64,000 nt of DNA from a bacterium (lineage in GTDB: Bacteria; Hinthialibacterota; Hinthialibacteria; Hinthialibacterales; Hinthialibacteraceae), in the NCBI GenBank assembly GCA_963662285.2, contig CAXXMV010000003.1, positions 224,001-288,000 of the forward strand. The letters are read 5' to 3'. Both the position numbers and the translations under genes were made by a program. Shown one piece after another: positions 38,607-47,799 of this stretch. Within the stretch, counting starts at the first letter, position 1, and each line of letters begins with the position of its first letter. The notes beneath the pieces were generated by a model. That model was not told where the DNA came from. It ran no database searches and saw nothing but the letters and a program-made list of their open reading frames with translations.

Positions 38607-39773
38607 ATGCCCTGGAACGAGGTGGACCTTATGTCTCTGAGAAAAGAATTCGTATTGTTGAGCCAGCAAGAAGAAAGCAACATCAGCCAATTATGTAAAC
38701 GGTTTGATATCAGCCGTAAGACGGGTTACAAATGGATCAAACGGTACAAAGAAGGAGGAGGCGAAAATCTCCAAGACCGTTCCAAAAAACCCAATACTTG
38801 CCCTCATCAAACAGATAAGTCTATCGAGCAAGCCATTACAGAAAATCGCGAAAAAGGATGGGGAGGACGCAAAATTCGCTCTCGTCTGATTCAATTGGGA
38901 TACGAAAATGTTCCTAGCGCCAGCACTATTACTGCCGTGTTACGCCGACTGGGATTGCTGGATGAAAAGGAAAGTCACAAGCACAAAGCCTATAAGCGTT
39001 TTGAAAAAGATACGCCCAACGAATTGTGGCAAATGGATTTCAAAGGAGATTTTCCCACGCTCAAAGCACGCTGTTATCCGCTCAGCATTCTGGATGATTG
39101 CACGCGCTTTGTTCCCGGATTATTTTCGTGCGCCAATCAGCAAAGGGAAACCGTGCAAGACTCCCTGGAAAGCGTGTTCAGGATGTATGGTATGCCTCGG
39201 GCGATGTTGATGGATAACGGAAGTCCGTGGGGAGGATGCAAAACCTGCGAATACACCAGATTGACAATATGGCTGATACGATTGGGTATTCGCGTGTATC
39301 ACGGTCGCCCCTACCATCCGCAAACCCAAGGCAAGGTCGAGCGATTTCACCGGACCTTTAAGCAAGAATTGCTGATAAGGGAATCGTTTGTGGATTTGGA
39401 ATATTGCCAAAGGCGGTTTGATGAGTGGCGTTATGAATACAATTTTGAGCGTCCTCACGAAGCCCTGGATATGGATGTCCCGGCTAACCATTATACGTCC
39501 AGTCCTTTTGTTTATCCGGGAAGTTTGCCGGATATCGAGTACGCGCCGGGCAGCATTATCAGGAAGGTGCAACAAGGAGGTCGGGTGGCGTACCGTGGTG
39601 AAGATTACCGGGTGAGCCGCGCCCTGGTAGGATGCCCGGTTGCCTTGAAACCCGCTATGACCGATGGGATGATGGACGTATATTTTTGCCGACAAAAAAT
39701 CAAGACGCTCGATCTGCGTTTGAATGAAATCAAAGAAGATAACTTGGCAATCCAGAAAAAGGCGTCACAATAG
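38607..39773 (+). CDS. IS481-family DDE transposase
   Basis: MPW start, HTH (ISRKTGYKW), WQMDFKG, MDNGSPW, HPQTQGKVERFH, YNFERPHEAL; GGAGG RBS. Confidence 0.96.
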   Translation: MPWNEVDLMSLRKEFVLLSQQEESNISQLCKRFDISRKTGYKWIKRYKEGGGENLQDRSKKPNTCPHQTDKSIEQAITENREKGWGGRKIRSRLIQLGYENVPSASTITAVLRRLGLLDEKESHKHKAYKRFEKDTPNELWQMDFKGDFPTLKARCYPLSILDDCTRFVPGLFSCANQQRETVQDSLESVFRMYGMPRAMLMDNGSPWGGCKTCEYTRLTIWLIRLGIRVYHGRPYHPQTQGKVERFHRTFKQELLIRESFVDLEYCQRRFDEWRYEYNFERPHEALDMDVPANHYTSSPFVYPGSLPDIEYAPGSIIRKVQQGGRVAYRGEDYRVSRALVGCPVALKPAMTDGMMDVYFCRQKIKTLDLRLNEIKEDNLAIQKKASQ

Positions 39774-39774
39774 A

Positions 39775-39919
39775 AATTGGTTGGGCGAAACGGAAGCGGG
39801 CGCTGCAGGAGTGCAACCCGCCAGGGATAGCCGATCCGAGGTGCGAGGGATAATGCAGGAGGTGAAATATTCACCTCCTCCCTCTAAGCCAACCAATTAT
39901 CCTGAGCATCTCTAGATGC
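39775..39919 (+). ncRNA. Candidate structured RNA in the IS481 3' non-coding region (unclassified)
   Basis: 10-bp closing stem 39775-84/39889-98 enclosing GCGGG/CCCGC, TGCA-GGAG-TGCA and AGGAGGTGAA-ATA-TTCACCTCCT stems. Confidence 0.5.
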
Positions 39920-40075
39920 CTAAAAAAAAACTCAAACAATAACCTGGGATAAATCCGGTTTTGATAAAAAACTGTAACCCATGTCCCCGAACATGTGTTA
40001 CCCATCTACCCGGTCTGTACAGGGAGAGGGCTAGGGTGAGGGATATTTAAAAATCACTTATTACTCTTAATGCGT

Positions 40076-40123
40076 GGGCGCCAAGGGCAAGACCGCATTA
40101 CGGTCAGCCCTTGATTAAACCAC
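40076..40123 (+). repeat. Family C palindromic repeat with AAACCAC tail
   Basis: GGGCGCCAAGGGCAAGACCGCATTACGGTCAGCCCTTGAT. Confidence 0.88.
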
Positions 40124-40194
40124 TCAAGAGAGATTATAAAACAAATTATATAACCTCATACTGATTATCAATGTCGGGTATTCAAGGTAGTTTT

Positions 40195-41063
40195 TTATTT
40201 CGCCGCTTTAACCTTGTTCTTAATCGTTCCCAATCCTTCAATACTGACAATCATCAGATCTCCAGCATGGGCTGGAAGCGCTTCGGTTGTTGCAGTGAAA
40301 ATAACGTCGCCCGGATCCAAAGAATAAACATGCGATAAATCGCTGACGATCTTTTCTGGAGTATAGGCCAGGTTGGAAGTGTTATGGCTATAAGTAATTT
40401 CCTTGCCGGTTGAAGGAGTGATAACTTTAAGGGTTCGTTCACGGTTGCGCCAATCCGCGCCTTTGTGAATGAACGGTCCATAAGGGGCGAAACCGTCGCA
40501 TTGCTTCAAACCAAAAACCAACAGTACTTCTTCCTGATCCAGAGGCTCTCCAACTACGCGATGATATGAAGTGACATCGCCCACGATATCATTGCCAACC
40601 GTATAACCGAAGATCGCTTCTTTGGCTTCAGCAATTGAACCGTCTTTGATCCTCTTGCCAATAACAATAACCAGTTCGGTTTCAACATTTATTGTATCCA
40701 GAGAACCGGGCAGCACTACATCTTCACCGGGAGAGGCGGCGGTGGTTGGCGGTTTCAGGAACCAGCGTATGGTTTTAAGCGGTTTTTTGCCGTCAGTCCA
40801 GTTATCTTTATAAGCGCCGGATAGGCCGATCACTTTTTTCGGCTCGCTGGGATGCAGCAGTTTTACTTTATCAACGGATATTGTATGTCCCGTCTCTTTC
40901 CCCCGGCCCAAGGCGCAGCGCATAACTGGTGAATTACATCTCCATCAGCCCGTCCATAAAAAACGCCGGCATCTGTCTGATAGCGGCAATAAACCTCGCT
41001 GCTCCAGGCGCCCATGGCCAACACGCAGAACAATACTGATAAAAACATCATTTTTCGAGTCAT
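40195..41063 (-). pseudogene. Secreted fumarylacetoacetate-hydrolase-family protein split by a -1 frameshift near 40900 (pseudogene, sequencing error or recoded gene)
   Basis: ORF 40863-41063 (signal peptide plus DUF2437-like N-terminus) joins ORF 40195-40923 (FLKPP, ETELVIVIGK, GYTVGND, LDPGDVIFT) at G_GGA_AAG. Confidence 0.8.
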
Positions 41064-41160
41064 TATTCGTCCCCTTTATGTGTTTATGAATTATGGCAAA
41101 TCTATAAATCCTACCATAATAATGTACCCATTGATAACAAGATTCTCATTAATTACCAAA

Positions 41161-41368
41161 TCCTCCCCCCAAGCCTGGGGGAGTCAGAGGGGGGTTGAGT
41201 TTCGATGATTCATTCCCCTTCTAATCAAATACCATTAACTAAAGCGCATCATCCCCTCTCCCGCCGGGAGAGGGCTAGGGTGAGGGGGATTTTAATACAA
41301 CCTATTTTAATGAAATAGCAGGGCGCCAAGGGCAAGAGCGCATTGCGCTCAGCCCTTGATCGAACCAC
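41161..41368 (+). repeat. Composite repeat cluster: family E (41161-41226), D (41252-41288), C (41321-41360)
   Basis: CCTCCCCCCAAGCCTGGGGGAG..., TCCCCTCTCCCGCCGGGAGAGGGCTAGGGTGAGGG, GGGCGCCAAGGGCAAGAGCGCATTGCGCTCAGCCCTTGAT. Confidence 0.9.
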
Positions 41369-41436
41369 CAATGATTGTGCAAAATTACTTAAATTAATGA
41401 CATTCCTGTTTTTCCCATGCTTCTAGTATCTCTATA

Positions 41437-42787
41437 TCATATTAATCGGTTTTCTTCAATATCGTAATAATGAACTGTGTTGCCTTCAACTTTTTTTTCA
41501 GCCAGATTTTCCAGATAAAACAAGGTTGGAGCAGTGATATACATGTTGTTTAGAAACGGTTGGGTATACATTACATCCCCATTAAAACGCCCCCCCGACA
41601 TGAATGGGAACGTACTTGCCGTTCACGTCGCGGTATTGCCCATTATGATTGTTCCAATCAACCCCTTCAGTCAAAAATCCATATTCACCGTGATGGTGCA
41701 GGGCGGCGCTGCGCAGTATGGTCAGCCCTTTCAGTTCGTATTCCCGTATATGATAAAAATGGGCTGCTTCGAAATAAGCCAACGCCGCTTCAGCGTTTTC
41801 CCACAGGTATGATGTATCCCATGAATCTTCCATATATAACAGGCCCTGCGTTGCAACTCCATTGCGGTCTTGCCGCATTTCAAAGCGTTCCAGACCATGC
41901 AGACATTTGTATCGCGCCCATTCCCGTAACGTATTATCATTCAAATAATCCGCCGCGCGGCTCAGGCAGCGGTAACCAACGCTTAGCGCCACGTTTTCAC
42001 AATCGTCATAGGTGTCATGATTAATGCTGCCGAATGCGCCGCCCATATCACGATAGACGTCAGCCGCCCGCCGGATCTCTTTGCTATAATCGCGTAATCC
42101 TCTTTTGCTCAATTCTACCCATAACCACAGCAGATAAGTCCCGTCGCCGCTGTGGTCGAACTGATCATCAGGATAGTCGCCCCATGCTTTATAATTGGCA
42201 TGAGAACCATCCGGCGTACATCGTCTTGGATACCATCCATTAGAGCAGGGCTTTACGTTTTTCCATAACCAGTCAGAAGTGAGCAGAGCAGTTTCAATTA
42301 AACGAGAGCGTAATGGCTCTGCAACTTCATCCGAGGCCCACAGCAGCTGCAAGGCAATATAGCCTGTAGAACCAGGGCAAAACCAATTCTCAAATTTAGG
42401 ATTATGCATGTAGTTGATGAATCTCTTGTCGCTGGCAATATCACGGTATGGCCGTACGAATCCATCATCCTGAAAGAAGCCCCCTTCCAGAGCATGATGT
42501 AAGACCGAAATCCCTATAGCATTAAGCCGCTGATCGCCGAATATTCGGGCGTATTTGATAATTTCATACGCCCCGCCAATAGCGTTCGCCGCCCAACCAA
42601 TGCCTTCCAATTCGCCGAATTCATGCCATGTCGCCGGGATTCCATCAGGATCAACAAAAGTGGAATTGGCGCACAGGTTACCCAGATAAACGCTCAGGCA
42701 TCTATGCGTTGTAAATCTAAGAGAATCAGCAACGCTATCTATTATCGAATAATTACTATTTGCCGCACGATAAAATTTGTTTAACAT
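41437..42787 (-). CDS. Hypothetical protein (possible alpha/alpha-toroid glycosidase-like); main ORF stops at 41582, +1 frame continues to 41437
   Basis: 401-aa ORF ending HVGGAF*; +1 frame reads NGDVMYTQPFLNNMYITAPTLFYLE... Confidence 0.7.
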
Positions 42788-43177
42788 AAACTAAACTCCG
42801 AATAATCCCAGAATAATCCTTTGAATTGATTCCTCTAGTACTCTATAAAAAATCACCTAATATCACCAACGATAAAACATAAAGTAATCCAGTCTAACAG
42901 ACCGAAACCTAATCTGTGGAGACCTGTCTTGATTTTTTCTGATTATCAGGGGGCTTTTTAATGGTTTTATGAACTTTCCATAGAAAAAGAGATAAGATAT
43001 AAGTAAAAATAGCAAATTCGGTCTAATTCAAAGGTTGAATATGACTGAAAAAGATCAAGTTATTTTTATTTTACAAAACTATTTAAAATCATTAATAACC
43101 AGCTATATTTTTCATGGATTTTTCAGTAAAGTATTGTATGTATTATTAAAGAGTTACGAAAGTGGGAGGTTACAAAG

Positions 43178-43780
43178 ATGCGTAAGTCCGGTTTTACTTT
43201 GATTGAATTGCTTATTGTTGTTGCCATTATTGGGATTTTGGCGGCGATAGCTGTACCGAATTTCTTGAATGCTCAACAACGGGCGCGTTATGCTCAAGTT
43301 GAGTCAAACATGAAAGCGTTGGGCACCGCAATGATGACTTATCAGGTTGATTGGGGATCTATGCCTTTACATCCTCCTGGTCATTTGACAAATATTTATA
43401 ATAATGGTTTAACCACTCCTGTAGCATATATTGCCACTGAGCCGGTTGATGTTTATCAGTCCTATCTTAATTCTAAATCCAAAATGTACGGTGATTCAAA
43501 TGCCAGGCCGGTTCTGCATCCTGAACCATTTTATACTTGCAGCGGCGGCGCTTATGGTCATCCTGCTCTAGATAAAGGCGTTCCAGCCCCTGGAACAGGT
43601 AACGATCTGACATTACGATTTATTGATGATCCTCCTTTAAGGCAAAAGGCATTATCTCAATTTAAATATGGCCGCTATATCGTCAGCATCGGTCCTGATT
43701 TGGTTCATAACTTTCCGGGAACCTATAATATTTCCAATGGACTAATTAGTTCTGGAGATATTATCCGGGTAATTCCTTGA
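43178..43780 (+). CDS. Prepilin-type N-terminal cleavage/methylation domain protein (pseudopilin-like)
   Basis: G|FTLIELLIVVAIIGILAAIAVPNF; SIGPD and YNISNGLISSGDI C-terminus; GGGAGG RBS. Confidence 0.9.
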   Translation: MRKSGFTLIELLIVVAIIGILAAIAVPNFLNAQQRARYAQVESNMKALGTAMMTYQVDWGSMPLHPPGHLTNIYNNGLTTPVAYIATEPVDVYQSYLNSKSKMYGDSNARPVLHPEPFYTCSGGAYGHPALDKGVPAPGTGNDLTLRFIDDPPLRQKALSQFKYGRYIVSIGPDLVHNFPGTYNISNGLISSGDIIRVIP

Positions 43781-43916
43781 TACAACGCGTTACAATGTTG
43801 TATTATTTTAATGAATAAAATATTTATATCTTTTCATTGGGATTTTGTTATGCTATAATTTTGAAATGGGAACTTATGGCTCTAAGTTCAAATTTTTGAA
43901 GATGGTATTGTAATCC

Positions 43917-44375
43917 ATGAATAAAACTCCCAATAACTTTTACGAATGCACAGCTTCTCTTGAACAAATATGCCAAGTTCTTGAAATTATCACAGACGCG
44001 GCTCGTATAGCTGGTATGGATGAAAAGAGCGTCTGGAAATTAGAGACATCATTGGATGAAGCTTGCACTAATATAGTTAACTATGGATATAAAGATCGTA
44101 GTGACGGCAAATTATGGTTTAATTGGAATAAAACCAATAATCAATTTGTGATTACTATCCAAGACGCCGGATTAGAGTTTGATCAATCAGAACCAACTGC
44201 TCCTGATCTGGATTGTGATATATGCAAAAGGCAAATCGGTGGATTAGGCCGCTTTATAATGTCTCAATTCCTTGATGGCATGAAATATGAAAGAAAAGAT
44301 GGTAAAAATTGCTTAACCATGATTAAGAATCTTGATGCTATCCAAGAGCCGGTCAAACAGGCGGCGGTTTCATGA
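43917..44375 (+). CDS. RsbW/SpoIIAB-like anti-sigma factor Ser/Thr kinase
   Basis: DEACTNIVNYGY, IQDAGLEFD, GGLGRFIM, N.LTM. Confidence 0.88.
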   Translation: MNKTPNNFYECTASLEQICQVLEIITDAARIAGMDEKSVWKLETSLDEACTNIVNYGYKDRSDGKLWFNWNKTNNQFVITIQDAGLEFDQSEPTAPDLDCDICKRQIGGLGRFIMSQFLDGMKYERKDGKNCLTMIKNLDAIQEPVKQAAVS

Positions 44376-44412
44376 TTTTTCCTTAATTCAGCAAAATAGA
44401 AACAGCAAATAT

Positions 44413-44448
44413 AAACAGCCCGTGATTAATATCAGGGGCTGTTTTTTT
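44413..44448 (+). terminator. Intrinsic terminator
   Basis: AAACAGCCC-G-TGAT...ATCA-G-GGGCTGTTT with T7 tract. Confidence 0.85.
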
Positions 44449-44457
44449 GTAGTTTTT

Positions 44458-44670
44458 TTAGTATGGGACAAAGCGACAGCGTAGCCCACCACTAACCACT
44501 TGTATAATATAGAGTTACGTGGTTTTTTTGGGATGAAACAAAGCGCCAGCGTATCCCATCATCTCCCGAAAATCCAATAATTATCAATACCCAATGGCGC
44601 TTTTCATGGGCGCCCAAATTCGATTAACTCAACGAAGCGTAATCCCCCCATGAATCAAACAACCACTCAT
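44458..44670 (+). repeat. Cluster of degenerate family A/B REP remnants
   Basis: ATGGGACAAAGCGACAGCGTAGCCCACC (44463), GGATGAAACAAAGCGCCAGCGTATCCCATC (44532), TGGGCGCCC; AACCAC tails. Confidence 0.65.
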
Positions 44671-44674
44671 TCAT

Positions 44675-46030
44675 TCATTTCAACGGACCTGTCGAAAAAT
44701 ATTGATTTGTTAAATCCCGGTAGGTGCGTAATTTACTTTCAATCATTAACGGCGATTGTTTCGCCAGTTCAAAACGCTGCCTAACTTCGTCTTCATTACC
44801 GGGCTGGTGGATCATAATACTGATAGCAGCCAGATTTCCTGTTAGAGAGTATTTCTCAAACTTACTCTCTTTGCTTAAACGCCGGTATATATCAAGCGCT
44901 TTATCTTTTTCATTTAATTGATTAGAGTATATTGTTCCTAATAAATACAATGCATTATTGCAGGCCAGATCATCATTTTTGTAATTATCCCGAAATTTAC
45001 TGGCGATATCAAACGCTTCATCATACTTATGCTGCATGACATAACCCACCAGTTTCATATCATAAATATGATTTTTCCAGGTTGTGGAACCAAAAATTTC
45101 CGTGTTCGCGTGTAAATCATCCGTAGCAAATCCATTCTCGATCATCAAGTCAGTAAGCGTACAAATCGTCTTTCCACCTTCTACGCCTGCGAATCTTAAG
45201 CCGGATATAATCAATGCTAATTGTTCCCGGACAAAGTCGCCCTTGTCATTATTTCTTTCCATGAACAGTTTGACGCATTGGTTGAGAGAACCGGTAATTC
45301 CACCGCGTAATGACTGAATAATTATGTAATAATACGGAGTGTTCTTAAGTTCAGGGGATGCAATAATATCTGCATCCAAATTATCCCCTGGCGAATTAGC
45401 GTCAAGCGTAGGATCAATACTTATCAACAACTCCAGCGCTTTGAAATATTCTTTATCTGCGGTAAGACATGCGACCTTGGCGATTTGCTGAGTTAAAGCG
45501 TCTTGTTTATCCTCAATGAAAAATGGATACATCTTATCCAGGGCTGGTTTGAGAGCATCAATATCATTATCTATGGTCATGTACCGGAAAAACCGGACAA
45601 GGTCTTTGCGGTTTTTAGATGAAACGGCAAAATCAGGATCGGGAGTAGCAAGCAGACCATCAAAGGCAATAGGCGCCAGATAACGTGAAACTAGAATAGC
45701 AGCGGATTTGCCCATCATACCGCCAATTGCTTCAAGATAGCATTGAATTGCATTGGGTTGTTTTTTATGAATGGCTTGAGCAAATAACTTTATAGATTCC
45801 TCAGTTTTCCCTGAATGAAGCAGCAACCGCGCCTGAAGCAGAGTATCCTTTTGATCAATAAAACTCTGCGTACTAAGGTTTGAGTCGTTGGTTATATGTT
45901 TCGAAGAAACAAACCTATAAAACCCATAAGAAGCATAAATCAATAGAATAATAATTAAGATGATAATATTCCGGTATTTGCGCATCCGTTTATCCCTTGT
46001 TTTCACCGGCTGATTTTTGCTGTCAATCAT
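44675..46030 (-). CDS. Membrane-anchored helical-repeat (TPR-like) hypothetical protein
   Basis: N-terminal TM; ALYLLGTIY...KALDIYRRL TPR-like segment. Confidence 0.65.
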   Translation of the reverse strand: MIDSKNQPVKTRDKRMRKYRNIIILIIILLIYASYGFYRFVSSKHITNDSNLSTQSFIDQKDTLLQARLLLHSGKTEESIKLFAQAIHKKQPNAIQCYLEAIGGMMGKSAAILVSRYLAPIAFDGLLATPDPDFAVSSKNRKDLVRFFRYMTIDNDIDALKPALDKMYPFFIEDKQDALTQQIAKVACLTADKEYFKALELLISIDPTLDANSPGDNLDADIIASPELKNTPYYYIIIQSLRGGITGSLNQCVKLFMERNNDKGDFVREQLALIISGLRFAGVEGGKTICTLTDLMIENGFATDDLHANTEIFGSTTWKNHIYDMKLVGYVMQHKYDEAFDIASKFRDNYKNDDLACNNALYLLGTIYSNQLNEKDKALDIYRRLSKESKFEKYSLTGNLAAISIMIHQPGNEDEVRQRFELAKQSPLMIESKLRTYRDLTNQYFSTGPLK

Positions 46031-46161
46031 GAACCATCTGTATTATATTGAGTTATGTGCAAAACAACAATTAATATTACTCACCGTCGGCTTTAAACAT
46101 TAACGCTGTCTATGTTATATTTATTACAGTGCATCCCTCATGGAAGGAATTAAAATCAATC

Positions 46162-47625
46162 ATGAATAAATTTCCCATATCACTCGCTATCAAAATACTT
46201 CTATTGACCTTGTTAACTCCTCTGTACTCTATGGCTGATTCTAGGCAGTCCGTTCTGGATATCGGTTCGCACCGTGAACTATTCGTTGATAATTACTTGA
46301 TTGATAAGATGGAAGGAACGCAGTTGCGTATGCATTCACCCGTTTCCGCTGGAGCAGTGCTGCAATTCGATAAACCCTGGGAAGGCCGATACTGCGGTTA
46401 TATATCTGCATTTGCGGATGGGGATCGATTCCGTCTGTATTACCGGGGATTGCCTCAAGCCGGCAAAGACGGCAGCAACAACGAAGTGACCTGCTATGCC
46501 CAGAGCTTTGACGGCGTCCACTGGCAAAAACCAGACCTTGGAATATACGAAATAAATGGTTCAACCAATAACAATATCGTTATTAAAGACCAGGCGCCTT
46601 TATCCCATAATTTCAGCCCCTTTCTCGACGCGAAACAGGATATCCCCGATGAAGAGCGTTATAAGGCGTTGGCCGGAACTGAAAAGAGCGGCTTGGTCGG
46701 CTTTGTATCCGCTGATGGCTTGCATTGGAAAAAATTGCGGGATGAGCCAGTGATAACCAAGGGAGTCTTTGATTCACAAAACGTGGCCTTCTGGTCAGAG
46801 TCAGAATCATGTTATGTATGCTATTTCCGCACCTGGAGCGGAGGCGGCTACAAGGGCTACCGCACCGTAAGCCGCTGCACCTCAATTGATTTTATAAATT
46901 GGAGCGAACCAGTCGCCATGACATTCGGCGACGCGCCTATGGAGCACCTTTACACCAGTCAAACCCATGCCTACTTCCGGGCGCCACATATTTACATAGC
47001 ATATCCCGCCCGCTTCATGCCGGGTCGAAAAGTCTTGACCAAAGAACAGTTTGCAGAAATCGGCGGTGAAGCTCAATATTCGTCTGATAGTTCCGAAACC
47101 TGCTTTATGACCAGCAGAGGCGGGAACCGCTACAACCGCACCTTCATGGAAGGCTTTATCCGTCCTGGACTCGGTATCAACAATTGGAGTTCGCGCACCA
47201 ACTATACCGCCTGCGGCACCATCCCGACTTGCGAGAATGAGATGTCGCTCTTCATTCAACGCAACTATGGCCAGCCCACCCATTACCTGGAACGCCTCAC
47301 CCTGCGCACAGACGGTTTCGCATCAATCAATGCCCCCTTCGTCGGCGGTGAAATAACCACCAAGCCCTTCCGCTTTCAGGGAGAAAAACTGACCATTAAT
47401 TTCTCCACCTCAGCAGCCGGAAGCATCTGGGTAGAAATCCAAGACCAACAAGGCCAAACAATACCGGGATTCTCCAAAAACGATTGCAACGAAATAATCG
47501 GCGACCAAATCAAAAGAACCGTAACCTGGAAGGGAAATCCAGCAGTCAATTCTCTATCAGAGAAACCCATACGCCTGAAATTCATAATGAAAGACGCCGA
47601 TCTATATTCGATGAAATTTGAATAG
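46162..47625 (+). CDS. Secreted beta-propeller glycoside-hydrolase-like protein (GH32/43-like)
   Basis: Signal peptide; RELFVD, Asp-box-like S.DG.HW.K repeats, FDSQN, LRTDGF, DADLYS. Confidence 0.75.
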   Translation: MNKFPISLAIKILLLTLLTPLYSMADSRQSVLDIGSHRELFVDNYLIDKMEGTQLRMHSPVSAGAVLQFDKPWEGRYCGYISAFADGDRFRLYYRGLPQAGKDGSNNEVTCYAQSFDGVHWQKPDLGIYEINGSTNNNIVIKDQAPLSHNFSPFLDAKQDIPDEERYKALAGTEKSGLVGFVSADGLHWKKLRDEPVITKGVFDSQNVAFWSESESCYVCYFRTWSGGGYKGYRTVSRCTSIDFINWSEPVAMTFGDAPMEHLYTSQTHAYFRAPHIYIAYPARFMPGRKVLTKEQFAEIGGEAQYSSDSSETCFMTSRGGNRYNRTFMEGFIRPGLGINNWSSRTNYTACGTIPTCENEMSLFIQRNYGQPTHYLERLTLRTDGFASINAPFVGGEITTKPFRFQGEKLTINFSTSAAGSIWVEIQDQQGQTIPGFSKNDCNEIIGDQIKRTVTWKGNPAVNSLSEKPIRLKFIMKDADLYSMKFE

Positions 47626-47639
47626 ATAGGTAGTAGCCC

Positions 47640-47727
47640 GTAGGGTGGGTCGCGTATTATGACCCACCGAACCAACCACTTTTGATAACAGGCCGCACGT
47701 AGGGCTAAAAGCGAAGCGTAGCCCACC
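47640..47727 (+). repeat. Two family A REPs (47640-47668; 47699-47727 partly deleted)
   Basis: GTAGGGTGGGTCGCGTATTATGACCCACC; GTAGGGCTAAAAGCGAAGCGTAGCCCACC. Confidence 0.85.
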
Positions 47728-47742
47728 ATTTATCAATTAAAT

Positions 47743-47771
47743 TTGACAATTAATGTTATTATGGGTAGGAT
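47743..47771 (+). promoter_or_regulatory. Sigma70-type promoter of parDE
   Basis: TTGACA-17 nt-TAGGAT. Confidence 0.6.
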
Positions 47772-47799
47772 AAGATAAACATTTGAATGAGAAGAAATC

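Larger units (their letters stand above)
38516..40021 (+). mobile_element. Complete IS481-family insertion sequence (1506 bp) with 5-bp TSD GGGAG
   Basis: TGT...ACA ends; about 50-bp imperfect IRs (TGTAAAGGCCTGGGACATGGGTAACAGGTGTTCGGGGACAT vs reverse complement TGTACAGACCGGGTAGATGGGTAACACATGTTCGGGGACAT); GGGAG at 38511-38515 and 40022-40026. Confidence 0.95.
38497..40042 (+). repeat. Family D palindrome split by IS481 (left half 38497-38515, right half 40022-40042)
   Basis: Removing the IS and one TSD gives TCCCCTCTCCCCCCGGGAGAGGGCTAGGGTGAGGG, nearly identical to 41252. Confidence 0.9.

Noticed and set aside
39781-39825. c-di-GMP-II riboswitch or hammerhead ribozyme in the IS481 3' region
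   Set aside because: Only a short GTGCAACC-like word and a GAAA match; the other conserved riboswitch elements and the CUGANGA core were not found.
39120-39915. Antisense or overlapping ORFs in the IS (191, 89 and 63 aa) as passenger genes
   Set aside because: They are shadow frames of the transposase or of the structured region, with no RBS or recognisable motifs.
42778-42805. dif site (minus-strand TTATGTTAAAC resembles a XerD arm)
   Set aside because: No XerC arm at 6-bp spacing; the match is simply the start of the gene (ATG TTA AAC).
43017-43049. Riboswitch upstream of the prepilin gene (TTCGGTC..ATTCAA-AGG-TTGAAT..GACTGAA hairpin)
   Set aside because: A single imperfect hairpin without the c-di-GMP-I two-stem signature; at most an operator.
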